DNA of 64,000 bases from Chara braunii (taxonomy: Eukaryota > Plantae > Charophyceae). The stretch spans positions 1,896,934 through 1,960,933 of the forward strand of contig BFEA01000034.1 in the NCBI GenBank assembly GCA_003427395.1, read 5' to 3'. The position numbers and the translations under genes were made by a program. Positions 12,969-25,786 of this stretch are shown here, piece after piece (position 1 is the stretch's first letter; every line of letters starts with the position of its first letter). Below the pieces are notes generated by a model, which was not told where the DNA came from, made no database searches, and worked only from the letters and a program-made list of their open reading frames with translations.

Positions 12969-14159
12969 ACCGTATATGCCCACTTTCTAGCGGTATATTC
13001 ATTCGATTTAGTTCAGGGAGTAGATTGCGAGGCAGGAGACTTACCTGTTCTCTCTCTTCGTTCATCCTTGCCTCCGTCATAGTTGTAGTCATCGTCGTAG
13101 TAATCATCGGCGTGGTAATCATTGTTGTAGTCGTCATCGTCGTAGTTGCCTCGGACCATTCAACCGGCAGTAGCGCCGGATTGTGTATACAAAGTGCAGG
13201 GATGCAATCTGCTCGAGCTGGTTACTCGCGCTTACCAGGCATTCCTCGTTCAAGATCGATAGTTACAACAGTCTATCCCCGTCACGATGAGCCTTAAGAA
13301 GGCTACCCCTGTGGCGTACATATGTCCAAATAAGAATCTCCCTCTCTCCTCCCCGTTTTCTTATTCTTCTTCTTCTTCCTTCTTATTCGCCTTCTCCCCT
13401 TCGCCCTCTTCTTCTTCTTCTTCTTCTTCTTCTTTTTTTTTTTTTTTTTTTTTTTCTTCTTCTTGTAAGTGGTAATGTATATTTCCATGATCTGGCGTTA
13501 GATTCATTCGATTTTGCTCATCCTATCGATCGAAGTATCATGTCGATCGCTAGGCTGACACTCATACACACATACACACGCACGTAGTAATGTAGATTTC
13601 CTTATTTTAGCAGTAGATTCATCCTATTTTGTTCATCATATCTATAGAAGTATCGCAAAGCCAACCTTGAGATTGGAGACTTACCTGTTCTGCCTCTCTC
13701 GTCGTCGTCTTCGTCGTCGTAACTCGCAGCTCCATGCGTTGCATAACCATCCCTCGCAATGTGCAGCATACACGACCACAGGATGAGGCCCGACAGACAC
13801 AACTCTCACCCCATCAAATGAGTCGGGCGGATGACAGGTAAGTCGCCCTTCGTTTCTCCCTTCCCACCTCTTCTTCTTCTTCTTCGCGCGACCACCTTCT
13901 CCCTCTTCACGCTCCTCCTCCTTCTTCCTCTTCCCCTTCTTCTTCGCCTTCTTCTTCTTTTTCTTCTTTTTCTCCCCACACCCTGTTTCCTCTCGTCGCG
14001 CATCCATCCTCCTTCTCACTTAGTTCGAAGTTCCCCCCCCCCCCCCCCCCCCATCTGTACTCTGAGGTTTGCGAGTTCCCCCCTTCTCGCAATTCGCTCT
14101 ACCCCGTCCCTCTCCCGAGCTGTGAGCCAGTGTTGAGCGGCCCTCACGACTTTGAGTCC

Positions 14160-15258
14160 AGGATTCGTTGGTTATCGGGGTGCCCCTGGATGAATCTGTC
14201 GCGGATCTTGCGACAGATTCATCGTAACAACTATACGAAATAACTACGGTTTAAAAGAAAAGAAGAAAAAAAAGAAGGAATCTAATTATTAAAGATTATA
14301 AAAATAAATAAATAAAAACAAAAAAAAAATAAGAGAAACTAACTGCTAACTACCTTACCCTGCCAAGTGTCGGGCGGAGGCTCTAACAACCGAAATCTAA
14401 CCACTCATAGACCTGAGGTTGCGGGTTCAAGTCCCGGTCGACCGAAACCGGGTAAACAAAAGAGGAGCCCTTTTTCAAAAGGAAGCTAGCTCGAAGGGCG
14501 GTAGGCCTCGATCCCTGTGTCCCCCGCTTGTCAGTTTGCACCTAAACCTACCAAGCTAGCTCCCACTTCGGGTAGAAGGGGAACAGTTTCAGTATGTATA
14601 CAGCAGTGTGGCTCAGTCCGCCTAGTGACCCGAGCTGGTTTCTAAGTTTGCGGTGCTCATGCCTGCCGGACGCATGTCTGCCTGAATGCTTGTTGGTTTG
14701 AGTGTACGTGTGACCTGCAAGGGTACTCGGTTAATCGGAAGGCCCGAAGGGCCGGTCGGTACTTACTAGTGGCCGTGACATCGAGAGTTACGGCGGGAAA
14801 ATTATAAACTAGCGGGGCAGGTCCGCACACTTACCACAACAGCGAACACTCAAGTAGCAGGTAGGCCGGTACCACACCAAGTAGAGGTAGATACGCCGAG
14901 TACTCGAGATGTCGAGCAGAAGAGGACAACATTGACAACCAGCCTAAGTCAAAGTGTATATCGTAGATGTATCTGACACATTACTAACCTAATCAATTCC
15001 TTGATCGTTTCGGTCGGATGGTACCATTGCCAACTCTAACCATCACAGTGCGGGTCATAACAACACGCGTGCATACTCTCGAAACTTTCTCCACCGATTT
15101 GTCCTGGCCTCAATGGCCGAGGAAATCGTTTCAAGTGTCGTGCTAAAGCGCGCACACCCTTTTTATTTCAGACCGGCCCTGTCATGGTAACCGGTGTCGT
15201 TGCTGTGTCGACTGCAAAAGCATGGCCAAATACCCTTGTAAGGGTATTTGGTCTGACA
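14160..15258 (-). mobile_element. Non-coding element end (probable LTR start TGTCAG) interrupting the Gypsy RT
   Basis: The Gypsy pol frame loses homology exactly at TGTCAG (15258, minus), which is followed by a perfect hairpin; the same terminus occurs at 21588 and 63223. The left boundary is uncertain. Confidence 0.5.
14369..14442 (+). other. Degenerate tRNA-like sequence with B-box
   Basis: CTCATAGACCTGAGGTTGCGGGTTCAAGTCCCGGTCGAC resembles a tRNA anticodon/variable/T arm (GGTTCAAGTCC); no proper D arm. Confidence 0.4.
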
Positions 15259-16020
15259 GCGTGACCGGAGCTGGAGCTTCTCGGACGGCCGCTACCTATC
15301 TTGGATCTGGCTTCAGGCCCTCAACCGTGACAATGTACCCCAATAATGAAATTTCTGACAGGAAAAACTCGTTTTTCTCAAGAGCCACTTTGAACCCCGC
15401 ATCTTTCAGCGCATGCAAAACCCACTCAACATGTTCCACATGACACTCATGTATTTTCGGAAAGACCAAAATGCCATCCATGTACACAATCACACAAAAA
15501 TTTATCAGGGGTTGTGTCAATCGGGTTTTGTTAACAACTCCGCGAAGGCCATGTTCATGGCCCGCTGGAAAGTTGCAGGGGCGTTACATATTCCCATGGG
15601 ACATCGGATCCATTGCCACGTGCTTTCGAACAAGACAAAAGCAGTTTTTGGTCGGTCTTCCGGTCGGACGGCGACATGGTGAAAACTGTGTCGAATATCG
15701 AACTTCGAGAAGACTCGAGCGGACCCAATGGCGTCCAAAAGATCGTCGATCCGGGGCAATGGATAAACATCTTTGGTAGTAAAGGCGTTTAATTTCCGGT
15801 AGTCAATACACACTCGGACGGCCCCGTTTCGTTTTGGCACGAGGACCACAGGGAAGGACTAGGGGCCCAGGGAGGGTTCCACCCATCCCAACCACTCAAA
15901 CTCACGTACCCTATCCAAGGCTAGTTGCCGCTCTTTTAAGGAATATCGATATGGTCGACAGTGTATCGGGGCGTGATCCCCGGTATCAATCTCGTGCTGT
16001 ATCAGGTGAGTAAGTCCTAT
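15259..16020 (-). pseudogene. pol: Gypsy reverse transcriptase with stops and frameshift
   Basis: HEIDTGDHAPIHCRPYR, VVLVPKRNGAVRVCIDYRKLN, YPLPRIDDLLD, KTAF, PMGICNAPATFQRAMN, VYMDGILV (YxDD mutated), LLGYIV..GLKPDP. Confidence 0.96.
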
Positions 16021-16632
16021 ATCGTGGTCCTGGATGCTGACGGCCTCGGGGTAGGCCCGTATAACTGTCAGAAGAAGGCGTTTATACTCGTCAGGCACAG
16101 GGGTCGGTAGTTGAACGTCGACGTTCCCCCCGGGAAGGGAAACCATCGATGTAATCGTGGGGACCGCAACATTTGCTTCCGGCAAAGCGCCAAACAAAGA
16201 ATTGTCGGTTTTCGCCGAGAGCACAGTCGCTACTAGTTGACTGTTCGACTGGCTTATCGGTTCCCTCTCCATGTCGTTGTCACCCTCAAGTTCGATTTCG
16301 GCCGAGGGCTCTACTGAAAAGGTCTGTAAGAGCTCCCTTGGCCCCCATTGGTATCCCAGGGTTCGAGGTTGAACGGACACCCCTTCCTCCAAAAGCAGGG
16401 CGGCCTTCGCATTCGTAAGTAGGGGCCGCGCAGGCCTAAAAGACAAATCACACAGCCCCCTGAGTTCCGTAAATCTTTCCGGAAGGGGGTCCGTTCGGAG
16501 ATACAGGGACGCAGGGGGTTCCGAAAGGTTAGTTATCCGTGACACCCTCAATATGGGTTCTCCCGTGAGATTGGAGGAGAACGCTTGGGACCAGTTAGAC
16601 TCACTTCGGACTATTTTCATGGGTTCCCGTCG

Positions 16633-18712
16633 TCAAGATTGGCGCCATCGATCTTGAATTCTGATCGGATATCGGTCGGGTTCATCCGAACTGTCGGTTT
16701 CAGTCGTGGCTCTTACTTCAACCCGGGGCGTCCATCGGATCATATTGATCCTGTGGATCTTCGTGGAGATTCGCGGCGCCGGTTGTGCACGCATACGCAC
16801 GGCCAGCCTCATCGGTATCGTTTGAGGTTTGGGGTGAGCCGATGTGAGCACCACCTTACAGCTGTGAAAGTGCATTCACGCTCCTACCGCCGCCTGCCAC
16901 GGGATTCCTAACAGCACATCATAAGCCTGCACATCCGATACGATCGCGTCGCATAAACAATGCACCCGCCCTACCCATATAGGAACATTCGTAATCCGCC
17001 CTTTGCAATGAATGTTGTAGCGGATACATACAGTTCATCCGGGCGGAGGGGCTGAACCTGTCCCTCCCGACCCAAACGCTTCGTTAATCCTCAAAAAATG
17101 GCTACGGCCGACGATCCTGAATCGAGGATGGCGGCCGAGGGACTTCCCCAGACCTCGCAGTCGCGCTCAACGCTTTTCCACGTTATCGGGTAGGCCCGGA
17201 GGAATACTTCGGGCTTCTCCGAGGCAAGATCTGTGACTTGGATCATCCCTACCCGGTTTGCCTCTAGCATCCCCAAGGTCGAGGGTCGTGCCTCGGCAGC
17301 TGACGGCGAATCGTTTATGACCAACTTTTTGCCTTTTCGGCTTTCCTCGAACCGACGTCGGTTCTTTAGGCATCGTTCGATCAATTTCTCGTTGGCTGCC
17401 TCAGAAATGGTCAGCAGGTAAGGGATGGGAACAGGAATCCGTAAATCCAAAGCCTTCAGGGCATCCAACACATCAATGTGGCCATCCTTATACTCAGGAC
17501 CAAGTGCCGCAAGATCTTCGAACCCGGGTCTCCAAGGTCGGAGATCGCTCTCCTCGGTGATCCGTTGGACATGACGTATCACTCCAATGGTCCCGGGTTC
17601 GAGCATGGCCGCCGCCATATATTCGTCGGGTCCAATTTTGGCGGCCGCAGGGGGCACCATCTCCGTCGTTCCAGTGTCAATAACAGTTGCCACCCTCCCT
17701 TGTCCTGCAGCGGTCGGGCCGGCTAAAGGGATTTGGGAAGGTCCAGCGGACCCTCCTTGCGTCCGAGGTTTTAGACAGTCCTTTGCAAGGTGGCCCGGTT
17801 GATTGTAGTTATAACACCACATAGGCTGCGTGACTCCTGCTAAGGCCGGGCGTGGCATAGGGGAGCCAGCGGCTATGGTCGCCTGCTGCCGTTGAGCGGC
17901 CGCCGCCCTTTGTCTTTGCAAGCCTTGAACGAATTCCATCAAGGGGACCACTACCGTAACGAGTTGGGCGGCTACCTCTTTCATGGGTATTTCTTCCTCA
18001 TCCCGGCCTCCTTGCGCCTGACCCGAGCGTCGGGAGGTCGAAGTAGAGGAAAAAGTTCTTCGATCCGGATTCTTATTTGCCGGTCCTAGTCCAAAGCGAT
18101 CCTCGAACAACCGAGCCGTGGCGGAATAACTATGGCGTCGAACGCCTGAGGGATTGTCTTCGTCCGAGTCCAAACCCACGTCATAGTTTTCCTTTCCGTA
18201 TTTGATAGTGTATTGAATCAGCTCGGTCAGAGTATGCTCTATCGGATTGCATTTCTTGTGGATCTTTTTTCGTAAGCGGGAATCAGATAACCCCCTAACA
18301 AATTGGTTCGTACCATTTTTTCATCAACCCCGGAGCGTTCAGCCAGGTAAGTAAAACGCTCTTCGTACCTAGCCAAGGTCTCGCGGGGCTGCTGCGTGTA
18401 TTCTTTTATCAAACGCATACACTACCCGGGTGCGATGTGATCGAATCGTTCAAGAAACTTCCTCTGGAAGGTTGGCCAGTTGGTGTAGAGATTTTGCCCA
18501 TACCATTCGAACGCAGTTCCGGCCAACCTTCCAAGGATTCGTTCTCGGAGCAACTGGTCTGTCCAACCCTGGGCTTTCAAGGCAGCCAGCCAGGTGCGTG
18601 GATCGATTTCATCTTCAGAGAAGATGGGAACCTCTGAAGGAGGAGGTACAAAGTATAAAGGGTGGTTAGCCATCACCGCATGGTTGTCCTCCCCATGTCC
18701 AGGCTCAACCAT
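16633..18712 (-). pseudogene. gag: Gypsy gag plus aspartic protease, disrupted
   Basis: Retrotrans-gag-like AFEWY..WPTFQRKFLERF; degenerate knuckle CYNYNQPGHLAKDC; protease AILDSGSS (~17110-17135) and YDVLLGIPW (~16900-16925). Confidence 0.9.
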
Positions 18713-18888
18713 CGTGAGAGACGGATTTTGAGCCCGCCCCTTCGCTCAGTTCAGATTGCCGTTCGCGGGCCGGCGGCGCTGGGGAGCCAGCCTAGCCCAA
18801 GATAAGCAAAAATTCTATATGACAGAAAAGGCAAGCTACCCGCGATTGTACAATCGTCCTAAGGAAACCTCAGAGCCGAAACGAATCA

Positions 18889-18900
18889 GCTCTGATACCA
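18889..18900 (-). promoter_or_regulatory. Primer-binding site complementary to the tRNA-iMet 3' end
   Basis: TGGTATCAGAGC on the minus strand, directly after GGGGTGTGAGGT (a degenerate GGGGTGTGACA-type LTR end) and ~180 bp before gag. Confidence 0.93.
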
Positions 18901-19784
18901 ACCTCACACCCCGCTCAGTGCTCCGTACCGGGTCCGCTGATCAGAGTAGTAGTGAGGGCGTGGCCGAGGATTTTTGGCTATGGGGGTTGAGTCTCCCAAA
19001 GCGAAACGGGGGTCTCCAGTTTCGGGCCGAGGGTAGCCTTGGTGGGGGCTCAAGCCGTCGTCGAGGACGAAGGACGGGCACGACACCTGTCCTGTTCAAC
19101 CGTTGAGCAGGGGGTGGGGGAAGGCCCCAAAAGTGCCTCAGAAAAGGGAGGAGCAGGCAGGAAAGTGGGTGAGGAACGAGGGTTCCCGCTCCTCGTGATG
19201 TCTGGTTCTCGATGACAATGGGGGCCGTCGGTGCAGACTTTTCAGGCTTCATCGTCAGGTTCATCACAGCTGCGGGGGCATCCCGGCGGGGGGCCTCCGG
19301 TGGGGGAGTGCGTCGCAGGAACTGTTGTTCGGAAGTTGGCGGGAAGGGAGCCCGCGTTGCGGGAAAGTTCGGGGAACCGGGCTGCCCCTTCGTACCCCAG
19401 GACTAGCCGTCGCCAGGAGCACGAGTCCCCCTGACGGCACCAACGACAATTAAACTGGGGTCGCCACGTGGCATGGGCCGCAGACCAGGGTAGCACCGTC
19501 AGGTCGGTGTAAGGCAATATCACAGATGAGGAGAAGAACCGGTCAATCAATACAAACCCACTCCCTCCGATATGGCATGCTCTGACGGGGTTGTGCCAAT
19601 GGATCGACTTCGTTCGTCGTAGGGCGCCCCGTACATCCGCATCGCAGTACACGCTATCGTCGACGGTGATAGGGAAGGTCGGCAGAGCGCTGAGGCAAAC
19701 TGAGTCGAAGGAGGGGCACGAGCGGGAACCCGTGCTCGCGTTCAACAAGGGCAACTTTGGCTCCATGCAAAGAGCAACAGCTTC

Positions 19785-19788
<4 letters not shown>

Positions 19789-19861
<73 letters not shown>

Positions 19862-19888
19862 NNNNNNNNNNNNNNNNNNNNNNNNNNN

Positions 19889-19977
<89 letters not shown>
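19789..19977. repeat. (CT)n microsatellite with small N gap, inside the putative LTR
   Basis: Direct observation. Confidence 0.95.
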
Positions 19978-19979
<2 letters not shown>

Positions 19980-22900
19980 GGCGCACACAAACAAGGGGCC
20001 CTGTCGAATCCGCGGAGACGCTTGCTGGTCACGATGAGCTCGTGCAGCGGATGCCCCCGGTCATCGATGGCGGATACAGGACAATCGCCGCCCGCGTCCC
20101 AGGACCCCGACTCGATCACGAGGAAGGAAGGAAATCCAACTCAAGAAAAGAAAAAAAATCACATGCGCACATATCATACGCAAGGGGGGGGGGGAGGGAG
20201 TACGATGGCCAACATAATCGTGCATTTATGCAGACAGTCGTCACCCGATACTCCCCAACACACACATCCTTACACGCACTCGCATACTTCCACGAATCGT
20301 CCCCTCAACATGCATACAACAAGATACCCGACCCTCGGGACATTGCACACATTACGCAGAGACAAAGAAGCAATGGAGATGAAAGCGAGTTCCTCCGTAT
20401 ACAAAAATTTTCAGTTGGCTGGTGCCCCTGGCGCAGCCTCAAAATTCCCCAAGACCACCGACCACCATAGCCACAAGGCCCTGCCGCGATCGGTGTCCAA
20501 TCTCCAGCACCACTCGGTCCCTCCAGCTGTCTTACCCTGAATCTACCGCTAAGCCTGCCCTGCTCCGTCACTCCGCCCGTCACTTGGGCTCGTCAAGCCT
20601 TTTCGGCGTCGTGGACCTCGTGCCTAGCTCGCGCATCATTGCAGCAGAGATCAAAGAGAGGGAGAGGAAGGGATTGCGAGAATTTATAGCACAGGAGGCG
20701 GCGGGTTGTCAGCGCGAGGTGCGGGTACCATGGGTTATAGATGAGCGGGACACAAAAAGGGTCGGGGTTCCAGAAGGATCGGCGGGGTTGAGCTGGTTGA
20801 CCCAGGTGATCGGGGTGTTCCTTCAAACAGTGTGCGCTTTCCGCCTTCACCGCATTGATCCGAGCATCCCAATCACCTAGCCAATCAACTCTCAACGAAG
20901 AGGGGGGGGGATCGGACTTTGCTCGAGGGAAGACGAAGAGGCATGCAAAGAGGAAGCGCGGGACAAGAAGGGAAGATGGCGTTGGGATGTGAGCGGGGGA
21001 AAGGGTTTACGCGGCGCACAAGAATTCGAAAACATCCTCGCGCGCAAAAATTTAAAAGAAGAAAAATAAATCCCAAAAGTCCTATCTATATTAATTCCTA
21101 AGTGTTTTTTGGCGCGACCGCTATTCGACCGCGTGGAAAATGGTCTTAGGGGCCGTTCTGAAAAGAAGGAAAAAGGGAGAGAAAAAAGAAAGAAAGGAAA
21201 ATACACCCCATTTTTCACAATCGCTTAGGCTTCATAGTTCGGGGCTTCCGTAGGATTTTCCCGTAAGGGTACGGAAAACCGCGGAGTATAGTTCCTAGCT
21301 TATCACAAGCCAGATGCAAAGGAGGTGGTTTGCGCGCACCTAGGCCAGAAACACCCAGCTGGCATCTGTTAAGGAAAGGACAGGAGCGCAGATTTCTAGA
21401 TGGATTTTGGACATGGACAACCCAGGAGGATGACAGAAAACAGTGCTCAAAGAGGCGGTTGGACTAGGAGCCTCGGTTGGCCGAGTGCAGGCCGACCGGG
21501 ACCCATACCAGGACACTCAGTTTCATAGAGTCGCAGTAGGCTACTAGGCGAGTGTCAATAGAACTAGGACCAGGTCTTCTGGGCCGCTGTCAGTGCGAAT
21601 ACCCTTATTAGGGTATCCGCCCTGGTTTTTGCAAAATGACAGAAAATAAGTCCGATTCAAAATTTTTGAGTAAGACCGTGGGAGCCGCGCAAGTTTTGTT
21701 GGCCGAAGGTTTGACTAGAATGTCTAGAAGTAGAGAGTGCGTGGGCGCGCAAATTTAAGGCGCGCACGATTTCTTTTCGCTGTTGATGATTGTGAAGCCG
21801 GCGTGGACGCCGACCGCCTTATGTTATTATTATTGTCCATTTATGTTTGATTAAAATAGGATTTAAGGATATTTTTCTTTTCTTGATTGGTACGTTTGAC
21901 CGAGACATGCGCGCGTGCATGGAGATCGGCCTCGACTACGGTGCGACCTTTTCGTGGTAAACGGAGTGTGCGAGGAAATAGAACGCGCGCCAGACCTCTG
22001 TGCTGTAGGTGCGGGAGTTTGGTTTGGCGAGCGTAAAGTATCGACGCCCCTGGGCGGCCTAACAAAGCCTAGGTTTGCGCGGCGTCGTAGGTTTATTTTT
22101 TTGTTATTATTTATATTCTACTATTTTTGTTGGTGACCGGTTTCGAAGACCGTGGTGATACCGACAGATCTGGCTTAGCTGGTCCACTGCCGGCTTGTAG
22201 CGAGGGCCGAGGAACTCAACGTACATGCGAGCCGGTGGGTGATTAGCCAACGAGATGGGAGAAACCTGAGTGGCGTGGGCCTTCCGTGGGAGCATTATCT
22301 GTTCCCCGTGGTCTGCGGTGAGAGGGTCTGATTGTAAGTATGATCGCGGGACTTTTCTCCACATCGGCCTTCAAAGATCTCATTTGAATATTTGTTACTG
22401 CCGCCGAGAGCCTCACAGGGCCCGGTCCACCAGGGCTTTTGCAGCAGGGCGCGTCTCTGACTCCTTGACCAGCTGTTTGTGAGGGAGCGGGCCGACGGGC
22501 GGACCATTGCAAGGCGTTGTCGGGCTGAAGAAAGTTGAGGTCGGGCGGCACCGGGTAGCAGCCGACAGAGTAGACAGGTGGCGGAGCAGAATGGGCAGTG
22601 CTGCGCAATTGTGGGCGTCGGACGGCGGGCTGACTGCATCGGCTACTTACCGGCCAAAAGGGAGAACGACTGAGGTCGTCCGTAGGTCGCACTGGTGCGT
22701 TGTGGGGTAGACAGGAAGCAGGGGAAAATGGAAAGAGGGGAAATGAACCTGGACATGGGCCCCGTCAGGTTCGTGCGAGAATGGAGTGAGTGATGGCGGA
22801 GTGTATCACAGTGAGAAGAGCATAACTCTCTCGACCCTCAACTCTATTAGGCGGGGAAAAGGGCGATCCTAGCGTTTTGAGGTCGGGCGAATTGCATGGT

Positions 22901-25786
22901 GGGGGGAATAAAGTAAGTAGGAAAGATCTGTGCGCAGGAGGTATCGACGAAGGGGAGGGAGAGAAAGTAGAAGACAATTTATTTTGCCCGTTAAGAGATG
23001 AAAATGGGTAGTGGAAGATGGTAGAGTTGTGTTTTGAGGCCGGGCGAATCCAATTGTGAAGTCAGTTTTGGAAGAGAGTGAGTAGAATCGGAGTTAGTAA
23101 AGAAGACAGTGCGAAGGGAGATGGCGATGGATGAGAAGAGGTGGGGAAAGAAAATGTCGACCTCGCCCGTCTCTTTATGAAAACAGGGGAGAGAAGATTC
23201 GTTTTCGATGTTTTCAGGGCGAGCGAATTGATTGGCGGAATGAGGTTGGGCAGTGGGGCAGTTGAGTGGGAGTTAGTAGTAGTAATGACCGCGCGAAAGT
23301 GTCGAGCGCGGAGGTTCTCGGAGGCTGGGTATGGCAGGAGTCGACAACTAAGTATTCCGCTAATTTTCACTTGCGAAATTGGATAAGAAAAGGAGTCAAT
23401 AGGGTTTTTTGTGAAGGACAAAGCCAATGGTGAGCCCGGTTTCCAACGTGAACGGGTTGATCCTGCGTAGCAAGCACTAAGAACCGATCGAAGGGGGAAA
23501 TTCAAGTTAGCATAAATATGGCGATGTACCTACCCGCCTTTTAGCTATAGATTTGGTCTCTCTCCGCCTACCTAGAAGGAGGTGCACCGAGTGCAGGACC
23601 GGACTTCGAGCAGCGGAGAGACAGCTACGGAAGTTGGGAGAGATGGAGTGAGTGAATGCTTACCTTAAGAAGAAGTCGGATGTGTCAGCTCGTTACTCTG
23701 GCGGAACATTCATCCGGTTTTCGTTCTTTTTTTTACGTTGGGCCAGCTGCGCTGCTCACAGGGAGAGGGGGAGACAACACGTACCTGGTCGATGAGGAGG
23801 CGTTGTAGGGCAATCCGAAAGCCGAGCCTCGATGCCAAACTGTGCGGACTGGGTATCGAAGTGCTTGGAACGGCGGCCTGCCGAACACCGACTGAGGCAC
23901 AGTTTGAGTTGTGAGTTATGCACACATAGTGTAAGCATTACTGAATTTTTCGTTGGTAATGAGCTTTAAATTTGTGGCGAAACTGCAACTACCACCCCGT
24001 GTTCTCCAAGTTGGTAAGGCTCGCGGCTTGGACAATTGTGTCCGATTCGAAAGTAAGTAGGCCGCTCAAACTCCAGGTGGGGCAGCAACAGAGTTGAGGG
24101 CTTACCTCTAGCCAGGGTACGACTCAGATCAATGAACTGAGTAACGGAAGGGAAGCTGCAAGCGGGGAGTAGGCTCGAACACTTACCTATAGATTGGCGC
24201 GTTGCTCTTTCTACACAACTAGAAGTGACAAAGAAGAGGTCGTTAGCCTGCAAGCTGACACTGGTTAAGTGGTGGGACGGGTGAAGCGAGACGAAATGGA
24301 AGCAGGCTGAGGGCGGTGGACAATGGACTGCAGACTTAACCATCGGTTGGGGTCGTTGCCGGTCGTTTCATGCTAAAGTAAGGAAGACTGAGGGGCGAAG
24401 GTGAAGACTTATCGCGGCGAGGAGAGAGAAGCGAGGTTGGAAACGACCTATGGAATAGCGGCGAAAGGAGGTTGTGCGATCTTGTGCTTATTGGCTAGCC
24501 AATACATCGACCAACTACTTGTGGGCTGGTGTACTATCCGCCCCGCTGGGCTGTCGGGAGCCAGCTGCAAAGGAATGGACTTGCCTTTTGGTGGCTGAAC
24601 TACTACTAATCGTTGTGCCGCCGAGTCGTATCAACTAAAGCAGCAAGGAGGTCAGCCACGGGGTGGAAGTTTACCGCCTGACCGCACGCTAGGCTGCTGA
24701 CAGTAGAGTTAGGCCGACTGTGGAGCCATTGGGTGGCGGTGCCCTTGGGGCTAGGCGGGGTGGTGTGAGTCCAACGGCTAGCTTTTGAGGCCTGTCGCGG
24801 ACAGCCTGTTATGGGCGAAAGACTGTTTGTTTCCCACCGCTGCTATTGCCGAACTTCACTATGAGTATTAGATTGTTCACCGGGCCCCGCTTGTTGTATT
24901 TCGTCAAAGGGTTGGGGTACGAGCAATGCGTTTTAGTGCGGTTGGTATATCTTCGGGCTGTGTACATGTGAAGGGAGGGGCCCGTACCTGGGTTGGTGGC
25001 ACTCGGCAGAGCCAACAGCCTGCGAAGTGGGCAGTCTGCGGGGCCGGCGGTCTGAAGGCTTGGCACGGGCATACGCTACGGTTGCTGCTGCGGAGATTGA
25101 TTGTTGTGCTGTTGTTGGGCGCTGGCTGAGGGCACAGGTGTAGTGTAGGGAGAGTGGTTGAACTGCGAGGAGGGTTAATGCTACAATCAAGGAGGGCGTC
25201 AGAGGGGCGGTATTTTGACAGTTTGACTTTGGACTGATCAAGTTGTTATATTAGCTGTCATTGCGGGGCCCTCAGGCGCATTAAGGAACCAAGGCCTTCT
25301 CACGTGAGTCTGAGTGCACCCGTCTTGGATCTGAGAGTCTCCAACCTACCTTCATCTGCCCTTCTTACTCTAAGTCCAGTCTTGATCTGAGAGGAAGGCG
25401 GCAGGTGGGATTGCAACCCATAGGACCGCAACAAGGCCTACGTGGGAGGTTACCCCACCAATTGCGGGAGCTCTGCCGGAACTCAGGAGGAGTTCTGGAG
25501 GCAGGGAACTGAGAGGTAACCACCCACCTCCCTCTATAAACCCGGTCCATAACCCATAGCTGTACTACAAATTGCATGTTGACTGAGTATATGGTATGCG
25601 ACCCTATTTTGACTTTTGTCTAACTTTCAGTAATTAAACCCAGATTAAATAAAAGAATGCTTGTGCAAACTCAGTTTCAACTTTGTTGATTGTATGAAAG
25701 CGGATTGTGAACAAAAAGGGATTGCATCTGGGGGAAGGTTGGGAGGAAGGCAGTTTTTGCGTGAGGTTTGATTGGGTCGTTTAAGG

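Larger units (their letters stand above)
15259..21219 (-). mobile_element. Ty3/Gypsy LTR retrotransposon, decayed and 3'-truncated (no RNase H or integrase in the window)
   Basis: Order on the minus strand is LTR-like region, PBS, gag, zinc knuckle, protease, RT. The upstream LTR boundary (TGTGA at 21219) is tentative. Confidence 0.9.
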
